A stretch of DNA of 64,000 nt from an uncultured virus (IMG/VR IMGVR_UViG_3300043781_000019) (taxonomy: Duplodnaviria; Heunggongvirae; Uroviricota; Caudoviricetes; Herelleviridae), in the IMG/VR virus record IMGVR_UViG_3300043781_000019, one strand, 5' to 3'. The notes below the pieces were generated by a model that saw nothing but the letters and a program-made list of their open reading frames with translations, was not told the origin of the DNA and did not search any database. Both the position numbers and the translations under genes were made by a program. Shown in pieces: positions 26,697-36,875 of the stretch; positions within the stretch are counted from its first letter, which is position 1, and each line of letters begins with the position of its first letter.

Positions 26697-27165
26697 CTTT
26701 AATTTCTGATAGTTGTGCTTCCCTATAAAACTTAGTAATCATCTGCTTGTCCTGTCTACTAAAAGGCGTAATTATCTTAGCTATATGCCTAACAGAGAAG
26801 TATTCGCCACTAAGATTTATTGCAATAATACCGCCCAGTGAAACAAGATTGCCATTGGGCTGTTTATATAGATTGCCAGTACCTATAACTTGTCTCTTAT
26901 TTGCTGCGCGAAATTGTTCATAAGAAAAGGCAACTTCATAGCTTTTTTCATTATTAATATCATGAAAGCTAGTAGTTCCATCTGGTTCTTTGTCAACCAA
27001 TAGCTTTAGTGTAATACTATCAAGATTGCCTTTTTTAAAATGAAAAATAGGATCTTCAATATATCTAAGCAGATATAATCCATCCTTTAAGGGAATTACT
27101 TCGCCAAGATTCAGCGTAGTTGGTTCACTTACCCCTACTTGGAAGTACTTTTTGATAACCTTCAT
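26686..27165 (-). CDS. hypothetical protein
   Basis: Operon member. Confidence 0.75.
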   Translation of the reverse strand: MKVIKKYFQVGVSEPTTLNLGEVIPLKDGLYLLRYIEDPIFHFKKGNLDSITLKLLVDKEPDGTTSFHDINNEKSYEVAFSYEQFRAANKRQVIGTGNLYKQPNGNLVSLGGIIAINLSGEYFSVRHIAKIITPFSRQDKQMITKFYREAQLSEIKGGK

Positions 27166-27166
27166 A

Positions 27167-27463
27167 TTAGTCCCCTAAGTTAAACCCTATATTTTTGTGG
27201 TTAATAGTTACTTTAACAGAGTAGTTGCTTGCACTAGCTCTTAACTTTAGATTCCCATTAGCCTTAATCTTAGCTAGGGCAAGCTTAATAATATCCTTGT
27301 CCTGCTTCCAAAAATCAATTGGGTTGTAATGCTTATTGAAACTAATCAATGATAAACAGTTGTCAGTAGTTGTATTATAGTCAACAGCTAAAATCATTTT
27401 ATCCTCGCCAGATCCCATAGTAAAACCCATTTCAAAAAGCTTGACTAGTTCTTCTTTTCTCAT
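27167..27463 (-). CDS. hypothetical protein
   Basis: Operon member. Confidence 0.75.
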   Translation of the reverse strand: MRKEELVKLFEMGFTMGSGEDKMILAVDYNTTTDNCLSLISFNKHYNPIDFWKQDKDIIKLALAKIKANGNLKLRASASNYSVKVTINHKNIGFNLGD

Positions 27464-27846
27464 TTACGCACTCTTGCCTCAATTCCTTCGCGCCGTAATG
27501 CATTTTCAACAGCCACAACTCCTACACCATCGGGTACAAACACTTTATACTGATTAAGCTCAACTTTAGGCTGCATACTGGTAATTTCTTTGTTAACAAT
27601 ATCTTCCCGCACCTTATTAACTAGGTTAACACCAACAGGCGTCAAAACTTCACTTAACTGTTTGTCATAAGCACGAGCAAAATCAACCACCTGAACCTTG
27701 TCAATATCTAGAAATTTATCTGCCGAATAAGTAACACTAATAGCACCCTTTCGACTACTATCAAAGCTGCCATCGATCCCGTCCTTGTAAATCACTAAAT
27801 CCTTACCATAGGTTACCCAATTGTAACCCCCAAGTTTTCCTTGCAT
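27460..27846 (-). CDS. hypothetical protein
   Basis: AAGGAG RBS. Confidence 0.8.
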   Translation of the reverse strand: MQGKLGGYNWVTYGKDLVIYKDGIDGSFDSSRKGAISVTYSADKFLDIDKVQVVDFARAYDKQLSEVLTPVGVNLVNKVREDIVNKEITSMQPKVELNQYKVFVPDGVGVVAVENALRREGIEARVRK

Positions 27847-27922
27847 ACTTATATCTCCTTTTACTTTTTAGGGTAAGCAAAAACCCCATGCTTATAGTAG
27901 CACAGGGTTACACTCATGTCAA

Positions 27923-28504
27923 TCATAAGAGTACAAATATTTTATTTTGATAATCTTCTACTGCTACTTGGTGGTAGTCAGCATTTACATCCGCCACTGG
28001 CTCTAACACGTTAGCAAGTTGGGTTGTCGTGCTGTTGATAATGGTTGGATCGGGAATTGCAACAAGACTGTAAATAGTTGTATCACCTTGCATCGTGTAA
28101 TAAACAACTTTATTTGCATCTGTATAAACCCCTGAAACAACTGCAACCTTTACTCCTTGACTATTATATCTAACAATATCGCCTACATGTAAAAGCACAT
28201 TCCCATAAAGGTTCTCATCATAAGTATAACAATCATACAGAGAGAAAGCATTAACTGGGACTGGAAACCTTAGCCAAGCAGATGTGCTGTTAGGTGCCTT
28301 ATAAGAGATTTCTGTTACTGGTGTATTCATAGATAGGTTTAGTCTTGTAAAAACATCTGATCCAGTGCTTTCTTCATAACCTGTTAAAACAAGATAGGTA
28401 CCATTTAGTAGCTCTGTAAAGGCTTGGCTTAAGGTCAGCTTAGCTTGAGTTACAGGAGTAAGCTTATCTATTGTAAGGTCTGTTTTAAGTAGTGCATACT
28501 TCAT
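27923..28504 (-). CDS. hypothetical protein (possibly late/structural)
   Basis: Coupled to 28501..29184; followed by a terminator-like hairpin. Confidence 0.75.
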   Translation of the reverse strand: MKYALLKTDLTIDKLTPVTQAKLTLSQAFTELLNGTYLVLTGYEESTGSDVFTRLNLSMNTPVTEISYKAPNSTSAWLRFPVPVNAFSLYDCYTYDENLYGNVLLHVGDIVRYNSQGVKVAVVSGVYTDANKVVYYTMQGDTTIYSLVAIPDPTIINSTTTQLANVLEPVADVNADYHQVAVEDYQNKIFVLL

Positions 28505-29184
28505 ATCTTTACCCCGTTTTCCTTAAGAATTTGAACAACAAGCTTATTCTGTGGTGTAACTTCCATCTGCTTTAACTGATCCTTCTCAACTTTATCCATG
28601 TAATCAATCGCTTCTTGCTGTTTTTCTTCTGGTACAAATTTAAGAACAGCCTGAGTTAAAGCTGTGTACTTAGCTTGGGAATAAAGTTGTAGCTCTCTTA
28701 GCCCTTGAACACCTAGTCCCTTATTAGCACCACCATCAAGCTTATTTTTAACATTAATGGCCGCAATAGCATCTTTCCAAGGTATATCATCAGGATCTGC
28801 TGATACTAGTCCACTAAACTTCTTAGATATTAAGGTGTCTAAGAACTGAATATCACTAACATATACCGGAGTAGTTACAACATTCTCAATTTCCTCATGT
28901 TTTTCTTCTTTTTTCTTTATACGCTCTAATGCATTTTTTGTTTCACCATCAATTGATTTTCTTAGATCTGTACCCTTTATGCTTGATTCAGTCCTTGCTT
29001 TAGCATAACGGGAGATAGTGGGAGCAGATACTGAAACCCCATAATTGTCTGCTATCTTAATAATATCTGTGTATGGCACCTTATTATCAAGGGCGGCATC
29101 TATCTTACTTCTAAGAAGTGCATTATCATATATTTCAAGAAGAACGCTCTTCTTTTTCTGTACCCGTTTCATTCTCTTTGCCAA
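28501..29184 (-). CDS. Herelleviridae-type conserved HTH-like protein
   Basis: VLLEIYDN..KIDAALD..VSAPTISRY. Confidence 0.7.
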   Translation of the reverse strand: MAKRMKRVQKKKSVLLEIYDNALLRSKIDAALDNKVPYTDIIKIADNYGVSVSAPTISRYAKARTESSIKGTDLRKSIDGETKNALERIKKKEEKHEEIENVVTTPVYVSDIQFLDTLISKKFSGLVSADPDDIPWKDAIAAINVKNKLDGGANKGLGVQGLRELQLYSQAKYTALTQAVLKFVPEEKQQEAIDYMDKVEKDQLKQMEVTPQNKLVVQILKENGVKI

Positions 29185-29415
29185 ACTCTAACACCCTCGC
29201 TATGCCCTATATAAAGGGTTTTTTAACTTCATATACTAATATAGACGTTCATTTCTAACATGAAATCCTGTTTATACCAATAAATTGGGCTATTTAGTGG
29301 CATAAATTTAAGATAATCGTCTTTTTATATAACGTTTTCTAACTATTTTAGTATTCATTTAGGATTTAAAAGCTATATAATTAGCCTTTATGCTATATAT
29401 AATATATTAAAACGT

Positions 29416-30264
29416 CTAAACATGTAGCTGAATATTGAATATTCCCTGCATATTTATCTTTATGAAATAATCTTTATTCTTAGACTTTTTAATGCTAGCA
29501 CTCTTAATTTCATCCTTGTTAACTACAATAGTTCCTGTTGTTGTTGAGAAGGTGTAAGTATCATTATCCTCATGTCCAACAATAGTATTGGTGATTGGGT
29601 ATAGTGTTGCAGCATGACTTTTATCTTCATAAAGAATGGCTGTTATAGGAATACCTGTTAGGTTGCCATAGCAAAGTTCATGCAAAATACGCTTAGTTGC
29701 CCGCTTAGATAACTTCATACCTAGTATATCTGAGTAAAAACTAGTGGAGTCACTCGTATGTTCCTTGAACAAAAGCTTTAACGTAACTTCTAAGCCATTC
29801 TTAGATTCCACCAAAGAAACCTTTTTGAAGGTGACACCATTAAGCAAAAAGGTAGAATCATCAATATCAGGATTATCAAAATCAATGGATACCTGAAAAG
29901 GATCATAATGGTAAGATTCCACCTCAATTTGAATCTTATCTTTTAAGCTTTCTTCCTGCTTAATTTCTTTGCCAACATTGTGTCCAAAGTTACTTGTTTC
30001 TAAATCCTTAGTAAATTGAGCCAATTCTTCTACTTGTTGCCCAATAGGTCTAAAACTAACAATAAAGCTTGTCTTATCCCCTAATGATACTGAAAGAACT
30101 GGATCCTCAATCATGGCTTCATCAATGTGGGGACTTATAACATTGACACCAACCAAGTCAAGCTTTTTATCTTGTGCTTTTAAAATGGTGTTTTTAATAC
30201 TACTCATTACTTTTAATATCTCCTCTGCGGCTACGCTTCTTATTTCTCCGCCACTTTCGATCAT
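29416..30264 (-). CDS. hypothetical protein
   Basis: 282-aa ORF. Confidence 0.75.
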   Translation of the reverse strand: MIESGGEIRSVAAEEILKVMSSIKNTILKAQDKKLDLVGVNVISPHIDEAMIEDPVLSVSLGDKTSFIVSFRPIGQQVEELAQFTKDLETSNFGHNVGKEIKQEESLKDKIQIEVESYHYDPFQVSIDFDNPDIDDSTFLLNGVTFKKVSLVESKNGLEVTLKLLFKEHTSDSTSFYSDILGMKLSKRATKRILHELCYGNLTGIPITAILYEDKSHAATLYPITNTIVGHEDNDTYTFSTTTGTIVVNKDEIKSASIKKSKNKDYFIKINMQGIFNIQLHV

Positions 30265-30703
30265 TTATACGTTTACCAGAACGCCCGCTTGGTGCATCAT
30301 ACCGTTTTATGTGTTTACCTCTAGCTTCTTGTGCAAGCATATACGCACTTTTAGGTGAGACCAAATGGTCACTAAAGCTAATCCACATTTTGTATGAGTC
30401 TCCCATATCCAGCAACTTGATAGATAGCTTTCCAAGAACATCTCCCATGTACTTTACATAGTAAACTTCGGTTCTTGAGTAATCACTATACTTATCATCC
30501 TTTGGCTGTAAGGCAATTAAAGACTCCGCACACTTCTCGTCCTCTGCAATAAGTTCCTTTGCAAGTACTAAACGCGCATTAATTTCTTCCTCAGTTAGGT
30601 TAGAGTACACATGTGTAAAGCGCAAATAGTAAAACCCCTTAGGGCGTGCCTTAGCCTCTTGATAATAGTTTCTATGCATCCCAAGAAGGCTCATGATTTC
30701 CAC
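30200..30703 (-). CDS. hypothetical protein
   Basis: 167-aa ORF with basic C-terminus. Confidence 0.7.
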   Translation of the reverse strand: MEIMSLLGMHRNYYQEAKARPKGFYYLRFTHVYSNLTEEEINARLVLAKELIAEDEKCAESLIALQPKDDKYSDYSRTEVYYVKYMGDVLGKLSIKLLDMGDSYKMWISFSDHLVSPKSAYMLAQEARGKHIKRYDAPSGRSGKRINDRKWRRNKKRSRRGDIKSNE

Positions 30704-31335
30704 CTAAAGTTGTAGCATGAAAAGCTTCTATCTGGACTTAATAAACCTTCAATAACAAAGTCAATGAATAGCTCTGATCCTTCGTCCATACCCATATTAT
30801 CTAGTATAAACTTGATCCGTTTTCGCTTATTACTGACTTTATACTTTACAACTTTTTTATGCTTAATTGATGAAACTAACTTGCACATGTCCCAAAGCTC
30901 AGCTGACCAAAGCATATCAAGTTCTACTTTAGAATCTTTTAAAGGGTTTTTTAGTGCTTTCCTAACAATCCCAGGTGATAGCATATCATCAATTTCTGTA
31001 TAGCAGATACAGCCAACGTGGGGAAAGTCTTCTAAAATATCCTCAACTTCTGTAAACTTGCTATCATGTATAAAAACATAAACTTGGTCACATACCTTAC
31101 TGTAGCCTGCTAGTTGCCTTGTAAGGCGTGCTTTTGAATCATGCGCAGTCTTTATCTCAACCCCAATAAGTCCTCTTAAATGGCTAAATATTAGACAATC
31201 AGCAATCGTAGGTTTACTGCTTAAACCGTCAATCTCTTTTTCAAAAAGAACGGTTGTGTTATCATCCTTACTAGTGAACAGGTAAGGAGAATCAAGAATT
31301 AACTGTTTAACAGAATCAGCGTAAACTGTTTTCAT
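30691..31335 (-). CDS. PD-(D/E)xK nuclease-fold protein (sce7726/MmcB-like)
   Basis: IADC..GVEIKT..D...RL.RQL..Y.KV.D.VYV. Confidence 0.75.
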   Translation of the reverse strand: MKTVYADSVKQLILDSPYLFTSKDDNTTVLFEKEIDGLSSKPTIADCLIFSHLRGLIGVEIKTAHDSKARLTRQLAGYSKVCDQVYVFIHDSKFTEVEDILEDFPHVGCICYTEIDDMLSPGIVRKALKNPLKDSKVELDMLWSAELWDMCKLVSSIKHKKVVKYKVSNKRKRIKFILDNMGMDEGSELFIDFVIEGLLSPDRSFSCYNFRWKS

Positions 31336-31885
31336 CTAACCAGTCCTTATAGGTTTCCATCAAATCCTCATTTGTATACTTAATATCCTCCCACTTAAAA
31401 GAGTCTAAGCAAATAAATACCCCTGTTTCTGTTCCTCTAACATATTCCTTTAAACTAGACTTATCTGGTGTACGATCCCAAAACCCTAGGCCATGGTGTC
31501 CTGTGAAGGTATCAACACCCATTTTTATATCTGTTACAAAAAGGGGCATCTCATACAACCTCTTCTTAACAAGCTTTTTATTTTTGCTACCAAGTCTTTT
31601 ACCAGCAAGCTTACCTAACAAAGTTTCCTCTGAGAAATGATATTGGGGTTTTTCATCCATAACAAACTTCTTATCCCAAAAATCTTTCCCTCCAATAGTC
31701 GTCTTCATTGGAGCATAAACAGCTATCTCTGGGTACTTATCTTTGTATTCAGCAATATAAACAGGCTCTTTATTAACTGTTAGCATACCCCTATGAGAAT
31801 AATTACTGAATACTGGTATCTTTTTGTTCTGACTTTGCAACTTTAATCTTTTGTTGTCCATGTCGGATAAAAATCCCCCTAACAA
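31316..31885 (-). CDS. conserved hypothetical protein
   Basis: Start uncertain (overlaps the upstream gene). Confidence 0.7.
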   Translation of the reverse strand: MLGGFLSDMDNKRLKLQSQNKKIPVFSNYSHRGMLTVNKEPVYIAEYKDKYPEIAVYAPMKTTIGGKDFWDKKFVMDEKPQYHFSEETLLGKLAGKRLGSKNKKLVKKRLYEMPLFVTDIKMGVDTFTGHHGLGFWDRTPDKSSLKEYVRGTETGVFICLDSFKWEDIKYTNEDLMETYKDWLDENSLR

Positions 31886-32174
31886 TAAGTGTTACAAGTG
31901 ACTCAATAACTCTAATAAACAAGTAGCCAAAGAAACTAACAAGCCCTGATAGCCAAATGTTTAAACTAATAGGGGGAACAAATGGAATTGCCAGTAATCC
32001 CAAGGCCACAACAATAAAAATGCTAGTACCTAACATAATATAAGTTGATTGTCCATATGAACCTAATCCCATCTTAATTCTATTAATATCGTTTCTAACA
32101 GTTTCTTTTAACAACAATAACCAATCAACAATGGAAACTGTCAATAGGCAAAATAAAAGAATATTAAGCTTCAT
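31803..32174 (-). CDS. membrane protein (3 TM)
   Basis: Three hydrophobic segments. Confidence 0.75.
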   Translation of the reverse strand: MKLNILLFCLLTVSIVDWLLLLKETVRNDINRIKMGLGSYGQSTYIMLGTSIFIVVALGLLAIPFVPPISLNIWLSGLVSFFGYLFIRVIESLVTLIVRGIFIRHGQQKIKVAKSEQKDTSIQ

Positions 32175-32982
32175 TTAATGTGCTCCTCAATGCTTCTGCT
32201 AAGGTGTAATCTTCTAAGTTATCCATAAAGAATGAGTAAGTATTTCCTACCTGTTCAAGATTATCAATCCCTAACGAATCCATAATATTAACCTCTGGTG
32301 ACTTATGTACCACTACAAAGTTACCATTCTGTACAAATACAGCATTTTTATAGCCAAGTTTAGTGCTATCTATCTGACACCTTAAGGCGATTTCATGCAT
32401 ATACATATCTGCCTTTACAACAGAAACTTGAAGATCGCCTTTAGTGAACTGATAACGTCTTGCGAGCTTCTTGCTAATGTAATCTTCCTTATCTTCCTTA
32501 GCAACCTTAACACCCATGTCATCTAGGTGACAACCATACTTGCTAAACTTTGCTTTAATAAGCTTTGGCTCAATTTCCTTGAATCTAGTGTAGATTGCTT
32601 CATAGTTTTCATTAGGTAACAATACAAAGTCATTGTAGGCTTTGTAAATTGGTTCGTCACTAGTAGCAATTAAATTGTTAGCTTTAAGCAAATTATATAG
32701 TTGCAGCCAATTAGTTTCACGGTCGTCATAATGACTTTTGCTTGAGAAAGCCCCCTCATATGCATAGGTGGGAAGATAATGATAAGGTGGTAAAGAGGCG
32801 GCAGCGTTAACCGTGTCTGAACTCGTGGAAAAGTTTCCTACAACAAGAACTGGTGCATAAGTCCCAGAAAGGACTTTTTCTAGTGGCGTCCCAGCCTTAA
32901 ATATTTTACTGTTTGTGCTTGAATGCAAAGCTGACATAATCCCAATAGGGGTATCATCAGTATAAAGTGTCCACTGTGTCAC
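32164..32982 (-). CDS. hypothetical protein, possibly a degenerate DHH/DHHA1-like phosphoesterase
   Basis: Size and weak pattern only; no intact DHH motif. Confidence 0.55.
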   Translation of the reverse strand: MTQWTLYTDDTPIGIMSALHSSTNSKIFKAGTPLEKVLSGTYAPVLVVGNFSTSSDTVNAAASLPPYHYLPTYAYEGAFSSKSHYDDRETNWLQLYNLLKANNLIATSDEPIYKAYNDFVLLPNENYEAIYTRFKEIEPKLIKAKFSKYGCHLDDMGVKVAKEDKEDYISKKLARRYQFTKGDLQVSVVKADMYMHEIALRCQIDSTKLGYKNAVFVQNGNFVVVHKSPEVNIMDSLGIDNLEQVGNTYSFFMDNLEDYTLAEALRSTLNEA

Positions 32983-33322
32983 GTAATGCCTCCCATGCTT
33001 GTCTTGTTAATTCTTCATCTAAGTATAAGTGAACCATCTTGCCCTCTAGCAAGGACTCAACTTTAAAGCTCGATGCCAATATATCAATTAAGGTGCAAGA
33101 GTCTCCAATACCCTTTTCACTACTAGGCTTAACAGTGTCTAGTACCTTTTCAAAGTCATTAGTGCTTTTTACATTATGCTTCTTAAGCAAATCCCACAGA
33201 TACTTTGCATCACAATTTCTAGGCTCACTGCCATAAAGATCACCATGAAATAGTACCCTAGGAGATTCAAGTAAAACATCAATATTTTTGTAAGTATACA
33301 AGATTGATCGCCCCTTTATCAT
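32957..33322 (-). CDS. hypothetical protein
   Basis: Promoter-like TTGCCA..TATAAT upstream. Confidence 0.7.
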   Translation of the reverse strand: MIKGRSILYTYKNIDVLLESPRVLFHGDLYGSEPRNCDAKYLWDLLKKHNVKSTNDFEKVLDTVKPSSEKGIGDSCTLIDILASSFKVESLLEGKMVHLYLDEELTRQAWEALRDTVDTLY

Positions 33323-33352
33323 ATATTATAGCACACTTTTTGTTTTTGGCAA

Positions 33353-33376
33353 CAAAAATAGCCCTAAAAGGGCTAA
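33353..33376 (-). terminator. intrinsic terminator
   Basis: TAGCCC/GGGCTA stem followed by a T-run. Confidence 0.7.
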
Positions 33377-33383
33377 GTTTTTA

Positions 33384-34058
33384 CTAAGCAACTGTAATGT
33401 GGCAGGTAGCAGTAAGCTTACCTGTACTATCAGTGACAGTAATATCAGTTTCGCCTGCTTTAACACCAGTAACAACACCATGAATATCAACTGTTGCAAT
33501 CGTAGCATCTTTACTTGCAAAAGTTACACTAGTATCTGTTGTATTATCAGGTGTAAACACAGCAGCAACCGTCTTAGTATCACCTACACTAAGGTTAAGA
33601 CTTGTTGGGTTAACGGCAATACCTGTTGCTGGAACAATATCAGCTGTTTTAATCGTTTCCCAATCTGTCATGACAATGTTGTAGTTTGCCATTGCAAATT
33701 CACGTTCTGCATAAGCTACAAAGGCTTGCAATACTTGTGCTTGCTTACTTTCGTAGCTTTGAACCGTCTCCAATTGGTCAATGTCATCAATGTTAGGGGC
33801 AAAATCACTTCTAGTTGTAAAGAAAATATTATCGCCCTGTGTCTGAATAACTGGTGAGTCTGCTGGTGCATAAGCACCATTTTGGACAATCATTGGATAA
33901 ATTGCGTAGTCGTCCGTTCCTACCTTTGCAACTGAAAAGGCATATTCTCCTCGTGAAAAGTGCGGATATGGGAAGTTCTTTGTCGCAATGATTAAAACAG
34001 TACCATCAATATCTAAACCTGAATCGTTAATTGCTTCTGAAATATATTTAATTGCCAT
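33384..34058 (-). CDS. virion protein with C-terminal Ig-like (Big_2) domain
   Basis: VPATGIAVNPTSLNLSVGDT..IATVD.HGVVTGVKAGETDITVT. Confidence 0.85.
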   Translation of the reverse strand: MAIKYISEAINDSGLDIDGTVLIIATKNFPYPHFSRGEYAFSVAKVGTDDYAIYPMIVQNGAYAPADSPVIQTQGDNIFFTTRSDFAPNIDDIDQLETVQSYESKQAQVLQAFVAYAEREFAMANYNIVMTDWETIKTADIVPATGIAVNPTSLNLSVGDTKTVAAVFTPDNTTDTSVTFASKDATIATVDIHGVVTGVKAGETDITVTDSTGKLTATCHITVA

Positions 34059-34114
34059 TATCTTGGCTCCTTACTCTTATTTAAGTACTTTATCTGCTTT
34101 CAAAATTAATATAG

Positions 34115-34783
34115 CTAGTCTTTATTGATAAGATTTAATTCTTTAGCACGCTCGTAAAGCCTTCCTTCAAGTTTGGTATAAGCATTATCAAACTCTACTT
34201 GATTACATTTAGTAATCCCCTTAGCATAGTCAAAAGACTCTTTCCTACCAGTATTGCCTTCCATCCAAGAAGCCATAATAGCATGTTCTAACCCTGTAGT
34301 GGCTAGATCAGAAGTTAAATCATTAGCCCCTGTGATATACTGTATTCTTTGATAAGCCACATTATCAACATGTCCAGGGCCTGCATAATCGTCTTGATTC
34401 ATATCCTCAAGCTCTTCCTTGCCCTTATGTGCAAAAAGCTTTTTGATGTAGCTATGACGGGTTCTTAAGTATAGCTTCGTCTTGATATACCCTGGGAAGT
34501 CTACCCCAGATTGAGGATCATATTCTTTTACTAATAAGATAAACTGGTAGAGTATATAGCTCATAAGCTCATCTTGCGAACTCTTTGGCTTTATTAACGC
34601 TAATTGGTCCTTGGTATAATTTAAATTTCCTTTCGGGCTTTCTCCCTTAGGCGCACTCTTGTCACTCTTGTGATCAAATCGACCCTTTTGCTCATTATAA
34701 ACAGCAGATAGTAAATGCTTATACTTAACAATCAAAGCATCTACATCTCTTGGTCTTACATTAGACATTGTTACCACCTTCAA
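34115..34783 (-). CDS. phage RNA polymerase sigma factor
   Basis: ELMSYI..QFI.LVKEYDP.SGVDFPGYIKTKL; syntenic downstream of recA. Confidence 0.8.
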   Translation of the reverse strand: MKVVTMSNVRPRDVDALIVKYKHLLSAVYNEQKGRFDHKSDKSAPKGESPKGNLNYTKDQLALIKPKSSQDELMSYILYQFILLVKEYDPQSGVDFPGYIKTKLYLRTRHSYIKKLFAHKGKEELEDMNQDDYAGPGHVDNVAYQRIQYITGANDLTSDLATTGLEHAIMASWMEGNTGRKESFDYAKGITKCNQVEFDNAYTKLEGRLYERAKELNLINKD

Positions 34784-35063
34784 ATATCAACTTAACCTGC
34801 TTCTTATTTCCAACAACAATTGAAGTATAGTTAATGGTATGTCTTACATGGTACTCCTCATCACCATTAATAATAACTTCCTCACCTGTTGCCCATCTTG
34901 ACCCAACGTAGATAATATAGACTTTAACTGCGTCCAGAATACCATAGTTAGACTCTTGAATAATAACAGCTTCATGGTTATCTTTTGCCTGATTAAGCCT
35001 TTTTTCTAGTTTCTTAAACTTATCGTTTGCGTACATTGCTTGCTCCTTACGAAAAAACGGCAA
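34761..35063 (-). CDS. conserved hypothetical protein between recA and sigma factor
   Basis: Synteny; likely start MYAND. Confidence 0.7.
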   Translation of the reverse strand: MPFFRKEQAMYANDKFKKLEKRLNQAKDNHEAVIIQESNYGILDAVKVYIIYVGSRWATGEEVIINGDEEYHVRHTINYTSIVVGNKKQVKLIFEGGNNV

Positions 35064-35088
35064 CGGCCTAAACCGTCACCGCTAATAG

Positions 35089-36291
35089 TTATTCTCTATT
35101 TGCTACCTGTTCTTTTGGTAGACTACTAAAGTATTTTCTAAGTTCCTTAACGCCGGGCCATGCATCACAATTAAGGTTCTTGTTATCAAGATACCTTGGA
35201 TGTCCTTCTGTCCATATCGTTTCCATACTTCGTATAAAAAGCTCTTTAGTAAGGTTAGGATCATCCTTAAGCCGCTTAAGAAAATCAACTTCATATGCAT
35301 TGATTTCTTCACCAGCTAAAGTTGTATACTTACGGTAACCACCAGAGGCCTTAATCAACCCAAGTTCCTTAGCATCCATGTACATATTATATTCATAATC
35401 AATACCATTAAGATAAGCATTGTTTTTCAATAGCCAACCAGCTAGTAGTGCTGCTTGGGCTTTTTGGTGGGGACGAGATTGCTTTGACTTATCAATCTTC
35501 ATTGTGATCAAATGGCCTTCATATGTATCATCTGATTCACCCTTATACTTACCTTTAATTTGAGTTGACTTCGCAAGTTCCAAGCGCAAAGCATCTGCAT
35601 GTTTCAGCGCCTCACCACCACCAGCAATTGTCTTAGGCGCATACTTGTTCATGGCGTCTTGGTTAGCCCGCACTTGGTTAATAGCTACCAAAGCAATGTT
35701 AACGTCCCTAAGCATTGGTGTAATCTTACGGACAAGCTTAGTAACAGCAGCCGCTTGCCGACCACGTTGGCCTTCTTCGCCAAAATCAGTATTTTGTTCT
35801 GCCTGTGTAATTGTCCCACCAATAGAATCCCAAATAACAAGCAGTGGTGTATCCTTACGCGACTCATCATCTTTATAAGTATTAATAATGTTTTCTATGG
35901 TAGCCCCTACTTGCTCAACGTTAAGAGACTCGCCATTGTTTTTATCTGGGGAATAGATAAAGGTATGGGCTGGGTCAACCCCAAGTTCTTCCATACGATC
36001 CCCATCTGAAGTTCCTTCCGCATCAAGCCAAAAAGTATCTGCACCTAATGCACTTGCAACCCTATTAAGATAAATCATAAAGGTGGACTTACCTACCTGC
36101 TCTGGTGCATAAATTTCTGTAATTCGTCCAAAGGGAATGCCGCCTCCCATTATGTAATCCCATTGAGGGATGAATGTTGGCAACATATCTTTAATTGCCA
36201 CATCATGACCAATAGGACTGAAGCCAATAGACTTAGCAAGGTCTATTGTAGTACCAGAATTTTCTAATTCGTTTTGCCTTTTCCTAGCCAT
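35089..36291 (-). CDS. recA: RecA/UvsX-like recombinase
   Basis: GGGIPFGRITEIY, Walker A APEQVGKST, WDSIG, INQVR, GGEALKH. Confidence 0.93.
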   Translation of the reverse strand: MARKRQNELENSGTTIDLAKSIGFSPIGHDVAIKDMLPTFIPQWDYIMGGGIPFGRITEIYAPEQVGKSTFMIYLNRVASALGADTFWLDAEGTSDGDRMEELGVDPAHTFIYSPDKNNGESLNVEQVGATIENIINTYKDDESRKDTPLLVIWDSIGGTITQAEQNTDFGEEGQRGRQAAAVTKLVRKITPMLRDVNIALVAINQVRANQDAMNKYAPKTIAGGGEALKHADALRLELAKSTQIKGKYKGESDDTYEGHLITMKIDKSKQSRPHQKAQAALLAGWLLKNNAYLNGIDYEYNMYMDAKELGLIKASGGYRKYTTLAGEEINAYEVDFLKRLKDDPNLTKELFIRSMETIWTEGHPRYLDNKNLNCDAWPGVKELRKYFSSLPKEQVANRE

Positions 36292-36875
36292 TACTTGCCT
36301 CCAAACAATTTATTGGCAACATCACCTAGTCCAGAACCATTCAAGACATCCTTCACAGAGAAACCAATCACAGGTTTGTCTACTGTCACTGGCAACCAGT
36401 CAGTTGCTACATTTCCTACTTCTAACTTTTCCTTTTGCCAATAAGTACCAATAGTTGCATCTGGTATACGTGTTGTTAGCCTAGCTAGTGTAGGAAGTAT
36501 CATTGTAATGTCGTCCGGTATAGTAAATGTTACTGTTGAGTATCCTTGTGACCCTGTTTCAATGATGTTCCCTGTCCAAGTTGACTGCCACTTGTTACTA
36601 AATACTGTGCCACTATATCCATTAACGGAAGCCTGTAGCGACTCTGTATTATTACTATTAATATATATTCTGTACGTAAATACTTGCCCCGTAGTAACAG
36701 GTATAAACACACGTTTTGGTGGATAACCATTAGATGTTGGTGTCAAATTATTTTTAGGGATGGTATTTTCAAAATCTTTAAGCTCACTTTGCCTTTTCCT
36801 AGGCATTACTTGCCTCCAAACAATTCCTTAGCAACGTCACCTAATCCAGAGTCATTCAAGACATCCTTAACAGAG
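36273..36875. repeat. 88-bp imperfect direct repeat (36273-36360 and 36788-36875)
   Basis: 9 mismatches in 88 bp by manual alignment, 515-bp offset; duplicates the ssb 3' end, RBS and recA 5' end. Confidence 0.95.
36291..36806 (-). CDS. chimeric protein: RecA-like N-terminus + tail-type carbohydrate-binding module + SSB-like C-terminal tail
   Basis: MPRKRQSEL (RecA: MARKRQNEL); GN.I..G..GYS and KLEVGNVATDW shared with baseplate modules; SVKDVLNGSGLGDVANKLFGGK nearly identical to the SSB end. Confidence 0.85.
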   Translation of the reverse strand: MPRKRQSELKDFENTIPKNNLTPTSNGYPPKRVFIPVTTGQVFTYRIYINSNNTESLQASVNGYSGTVFSNKWQSTWTGNIIETGSQGYSTVTFTIPDDITMILPTLARLTTRIPDATIGTYWQKEKLEVGNVATDWLPVTVDKPVIGFSVKDVLNGSGLGDVANKLFGGK

